This document shows positions 59,266 to 64,000 of a DNA stretch of 64,000 nt, piece by piece. The notes beneath the pieces were generated by a model. That model saw only the letters and a program-made list of their open reading frames with translations. It ran no database searches and had not been told where the DNA came from. The position numbers and the translations under genes were made by a program. The stretch is from contig CAVNZM010000011.1 in assembly GCA_963693365.1 (NCBI GenBank), positions 434,001-498,000 on the forward strand, written 5' to 3'. How positions within the stretch are numbered: position 1 is the first letter of the stretch; every line of letters begins with the position of its first letter. This DNA is from Amoebidium appalachense (Eukaryota; Protista; Ichthyosporea).

Positions 59266-60324
59266 CACCCATGGACCAGGAAGCAGCCTACCAGCTGTGC
59301 CTCAGACTGCAAATGCACTTCACCAGCGAGGCAAAGGGGGCGGCACACAACCAGGTGACCACGTGCACACGCATTCAAGACGTGGTGGGATGTGGGCAGG
59401 GGGAGATGGAGCGGAGGAATGGGTCATTGTATTTCCTACTTTATTGGTTTTCTGCCACCTTCTGCCTGGCACATGCCTCGGTCTTGCTTTTTTCCTTTAT
59501 TTTGCTCTTCTCTGGCCCCCCCTCTTCCTCTCACTTAACGATGGCCACCACTGCTCCCTTTTTCTCCTGTATTTCACTTTCCATGTGCCCACGGGCAATT
59601 ATTTTGTTCACGTGGTAAGGTAACTGAATGGATATATGGGGGTGGTGTGTATGTGTGTGTTCTTTTTTTTTATTTCTTTATTTTGTGTGTGTGTGTGTGT
59701 GTTGGTGGGGGGGGAAAGGGGGGGGGAGGGGAAGGGGGGAGGGGGGCCCGGCGATAAGTATTGCTTCTAGCCCATACGAGAGTGTTTTTGTGGTGACGGA
59801 ATCCCCTCCCCCTCCCCCCTCCCCCCCCCCCCCCCCCCCCCCCCCACCCAACCACAAGCACACCTGCGCTCGCAAGCTCTCGAAAAACACACACAAAACA
59901 CACCTTATTGGGCTTGCAATGAGTTAGTGTAAACGCTTCCTGTCAGGCACGTGTTTTCTGACCACGCGGGTGGGTAGAGGCTTCTAGAGCACACGGTGGC
60001 CCGCACACAGTACCTGTCTGAGCAGTGTGCGGACAGTCTGGCCGGCACGGACTACTATTTTGGACGCATGATGATGGAGCTGCAGGAAGGTGGGGGGGTG
60101 GCTGTGTGTACGTGTGTGTGGTGCATGTTCGAGCAACTGAAGAGGCCTGGTTTGTTTGCCCTTGGGGATGTGCAATGTGTCTGTGTGGGTTGCCGGAGGT
60201 TAGGGCAGAAGGGACACCGTGACGGCCTCCAGTGGAAGGCTGCGAGGGAATTGGGTGGCCTATGTAAGGGTTGGTTGTAGGATGAGCTGGAGAGGGAGGG
60301 CGTGGCGGCGGGGGGGGGGGCGCG

Positions 60325-60359
<35 letters not shown>

Positions 60360-60425
60360 TTGGACAGGGGAGCAGCAGGTTGGCCACAGTATGTTCCAGG
60401 TGCACCTGTAGATCGTTTTTTTTTT

Positions 60426-60457
<32 letters not shown>

Positions 60458-60863
60458 GGGGGGGGGAGGGGGGGGGAATGCAAGTAGGTGGTGTGGTGCA
60501 TGGCGGTTATTGATAAGTGTGCACACAGTGGAGGGGCTGGCCCAGGCACTGGCCGACACACGAGAACACGCGTTCCGTATTACTGAGGCAATCAACAGAG
60601 TCAACACCGCCCTGCCTCCGTCCCTCAGACTGCCGGTACGTGTTCTTTCTCTCACTCTCCCCCTTCCCCCCCCCCCCCCCCCCCCCCCCTTCTCCCCACT
60701 TCCCGCCTTTTTGTGGCCTATATTACTGCCCGAAGCACTGGAATGCGGGTGGACGTGTGTGCTCGTGTGTGCTCGTGTGCACACACGCAAAGCCATGGGG
60801 CACGGGCATAGCAGAGTCATGGCCGGACTTGTTTTTTTGACAGGCTTAGCCTCTCTGTGCACT

Positions 60864-60908
<45 letters not shown>

Positions 60909-61657
60909 CACACACACACAAATTGACAATAGCAAGACATAAGAACTTCTTCGCTATTCTAGGCCGTTTGATGCATTGCATGCATGGTGCTACCTCTCAT
61001 GCTTTCTGTCCCTTCTTCCCTCCCTTTCTTCCTCTTCCCTCCCTCCCCCTCTCCCCCTCCCTCCACCTCTCTCCTGGGCCCATCCCTTGATGTTTGGTGT
61101 GCTGGAAGGTCCATGGGCTGGTAGAGACTTCATTTTTTTCCCTTTGTGCAACGTCCCACCCCCATCCCCTTTCTGCCTTAAGTTACTTTGCTGTTGCAAG
61201 GTGTGTCAGTTGGTGAAAATGCGCACTGGTGTGTTGCCACATTCTGCAGGCTTCTACTCGTTGCACCATGTCTCCCACCTTATGGCCTCCTCCGATCCAA
61301 ATGTCTCCATGCCTGCTAGCAGGACCCCCTTCCCCCCCCCCCCCCCCCCCCCCCCCCCCTTCCCCCTCGGAATTGCCCCCGGGTGTGATCATCAGTGACT
61401 GCCCCTTTGTCATCCACATCTTTCTAACACCCCCACCCTTCTCTCAGGAATTCCCCTGGACCGTACGGCCACAGCCCTCCACCTCGGCACCAAGCAACCC
61501 GACACACACATCGGACCCACCATCAGACAATGAGGAAAGATCAGAGACGGAGCGTGAGATGGTGGTGTTTGGCGGGGGCAGGACATATGCGCCTGTGACC
61601 AACCCATATGCGGCTGCCGAGGAGGACCTGTGTGCCATGCACCAAGATGACGAGTGA
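54527..61657 (+). CDS. BORCS5: BORC complex subunit 5 (myrlysin/LOH12CR1), 10 exons, ~304 aa
   Basis: Exons 54527-54529, 55112-55155, 56495-56575, 57261-57358, 58132-58217, 58573-58657, 59266-59354, 59978-60089, 60529-60635 and 61448-61657 (915 nt, phase-consistent). MGQTQS myristoylation motif. [28 protein letters not shown] and [15 protein letters not shown] are colinear with remembered metazoan BORCS5. The 5' exons are less certain. Confidence 0.8.
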
Positions 61658-61749
61658 TGGCAACATGTAGGTGGCCCACACATATGTATGGCCATGCATG
61701 CACGGCACTAGCTTGCCATGCTGCAGCTGCGTACACACACACAATCGCG

Positions 61750-61822
<73 letters not shown>

Positions 61823-62449
61823 GACGCTAATTAACCGGGAGCCCATTGTGGCGATAGTAGATTCCTGTTTGTTCTGGAGCCAGAAAGTAATGCGGCCCTA
61901 CCCACCATGCTGCAACTTACGAATGTCTTTGTGTACGCTTCATTTGTATCATAGCAGTGGCCCTGGAAATCCAATATTCTGTGCACCACACAAGTGTTTA
62001 ATGTGCGAAGGTCTCGACTAAATATTGCCGAATGACTGTTATATAATGTGTTCAGCACATTTGGTGGCATCTCTTAGATATGTATACGCCCAACACCTGA
62101 CTCGAGGCTCGGTCTGACAATATGGCCTGAAACCAAAGTTTGTCTGCGGACTAGTACCCCATGTGCCTATTTTTTCTTCTAAAGCTCTATTGCTTTGACT
62201 GTGGTATGACGTCAGACCCCGTAGATTGCACGTATGGAGCAAGGTATATGGTCCTTGGCCGGCCCTGGAAATGTGTCCCGAAAATAAATGATTCAGAGAC
62301 ATCCTCGTTTTTCATAAAACACAATGAAAACATTTATAAATGACCGTGGAATATTTGTGTACATATCAACCGCGATGTTACAATTGCCCCCTTCCCCTCC
62401 CCCCCTCCCCCCCCTCCCCCCCCCCCCCCCCCCCCGCGCCACGCGCGCG

Positions 62450-62493
<44 letters not shown>

Positions 62494-63018
62494 CGCACAC
62501 ACACGCACACACACACGCCATCCTAGGGCCCCCGGAAGCGCTGGCACACGCACTCACGCGCACATATCATACACACAACTTTGCACACACACAAACAAAC
62601 ACACCATAACAGACACACATGCACAAATTTACCCCTTTGCGCACGAGCGGATACTGGTTAATAGTAGGTATTAATCGTGTTAAGGGAGGGGGGGGGGGGG
62701 GAGGGGGGGGAGGGAGAAGGATTCCAATTGCAAGCCTTACGAGTTTCAGTTCCTTCCTTGGCCCAGTGGGAGGGGGGGGGGGGGGGGGGTGAGAGTGTTC
62801 CGGGGAGGGAGGGGGGGGGGGGGGGGGGGGGGGAGAAGGGGGAGGGGCTGAAAGGAATGGACTGTGGGACAATACATTTCAACAAGTTGAACTAAATAGT
62901 ATTATTATTAGGCAAGACGTCAACATCAAAATCTCCCTTCAAATTGGTGGTTCCGGGGAAATCTTAGCCTCGATTTCATCAAACTGCTGATCTCGACTGG
63001 TCACGGTGACTGCCCTCT

Positions 63019-63055
<37 letters not shown>

Positions 63056-63260
63056 CCCCCGCCTCCCCGGGGCCTAGCTTCTTCTTCTCTCTGCCGGCCC
63101 AGCCTCCCGGACGCAACTTCTTCATCAAGGGAGAGTCGCGACTCAGCCTGCACGTAACTAGGCTACCGTGAGTGATACTACGATACTGATAATGCCCTGT
63201 ACGTACGCGTGTGATCATTTAGGCTAATCAAATGTGTGCGGTACTGTGCCACGGAGCTCG

Positions 63261-63309
63261 GACCAAGGCCTCCTAGATACAGCTGTATCTATTGTAGGAG
63301 GCCTTGGTC
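63261..63309. other. Nested inverted repeat (hairpin)
   Basis: 15-bp arms GACCAAGGCCTCCTA / TAGGAGGCCTTGGTC surround the perfect palindrome TAGATACAGCTGTATCTA. Confidence 0.8.
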
Positions 63310-64000
63310 ACGCGTGCGGACTCAGCCGCCGGCTGTCACGAATGCGGCTGTGTACGTGCTGTGGAGGGTGCAAGCACGTATGTGCACGTGGTGTGTGTGT
63401 CGTCATGATCATTATGCCGTAGAAGAAGGCTCGGCGTCTGCTGATATTAGTACTATTACACTAATAACTGAGACCCACAGAGAAGCTTTCAGAAGCCTTC
63501 AACTTGAAGAGGCTCATATGGCGGCATCGAACTTGACACTTGACGGACTATTGCCTTATTAAGGTGTACCTTAAGCGCCCGGCACGCTACGAGAGCTACG
63601 AACAGGAGAATGTTCCGTACGTCAGTTATGAGGTGTTCGGTGTCGACTGACAGTCGTCATTGCCGGATCACCAGGCCCAGCGGCCAGAGGGCCTCGGAGG
63701 GGAAGGCTGGAAGGGAGGGGGGGGGGGAGGGGGGGGGGGGCAGCTAGTCAGCTAGCTCAGTAACTTAGCCTACGGCAGTCAGCCTGCATGAGTCATGCGC
63801 GGCGCGGCCGCGGTCCTTCCTGGATTGGGAGTGGCCCACTGGGCTTGCCAATAGACCGGTTTAGAAATGATTTTTTTCAAATTCTGCCTTATATGGCTCA
63901 CCGGAACAATTCGAATCTTGTGATTGGTTGCGCCAAAAGTAAGTACCAGGTTAAGGGCCGCTCAGGCGGCGACAGGCCAAAATCTCAGACCGACAGCCTC

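Noticed and set aside
59355-59384. Extension of BORCS5 exon 7 ([10 protein letters not shown]) to a later GT
   Set aside because: The donor at 59355 gives spacing that matches the remembered BORCS5 coiled coil, whereas the extension adds 10 extra residues.

Overview
This is eukaryotic DNA, probably opisthokont and possibly a unicellular holozoan (inferred from gene style only). It is intron-rich, and both introns and intergenic spaces are filled with poly(C)/poly(G) runs and (CA)/(TG) microsatellites, so almost all ORFs in the supplied track are low-complexity artefacts. Manual splicing recovers eight genes: galactokinase (-, 9 exons), proteasome subunit RPN2/PSMD1 (+, 26 exons, one GC-AG intron), V-ATPase subunit E (+, 5 exons), an unrecognised secreted protein (-, 3 exons), an ODC/SLC25A21-like mitochondrial carrier (+, 8 exons), COX7C (-, 2 exons), a C2H2 zinc-finger gene with no intron in its CDS (-) and BORCS5/myrlysin (+, 10 exons). 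Mobile DNA comprises a young Ty1/copia element lacking reverse transcriptase, a Tc1/mariner-pogo-type MITE and a ~100-bp repeat family. The best leads are: (1) that repeat family, which always sits in poly(C) tracts and has 5'-truncated copies sharing a 3' end; (2) a prohormone-like processing signature (RR-Q...G-RRRR) in the secreted protein; (3) a perfect, exon-bounded duplicate of that protein's exon 2; and (4) the RT-less copia element with near-identical LTRs. All alignments and translations were done by eye.
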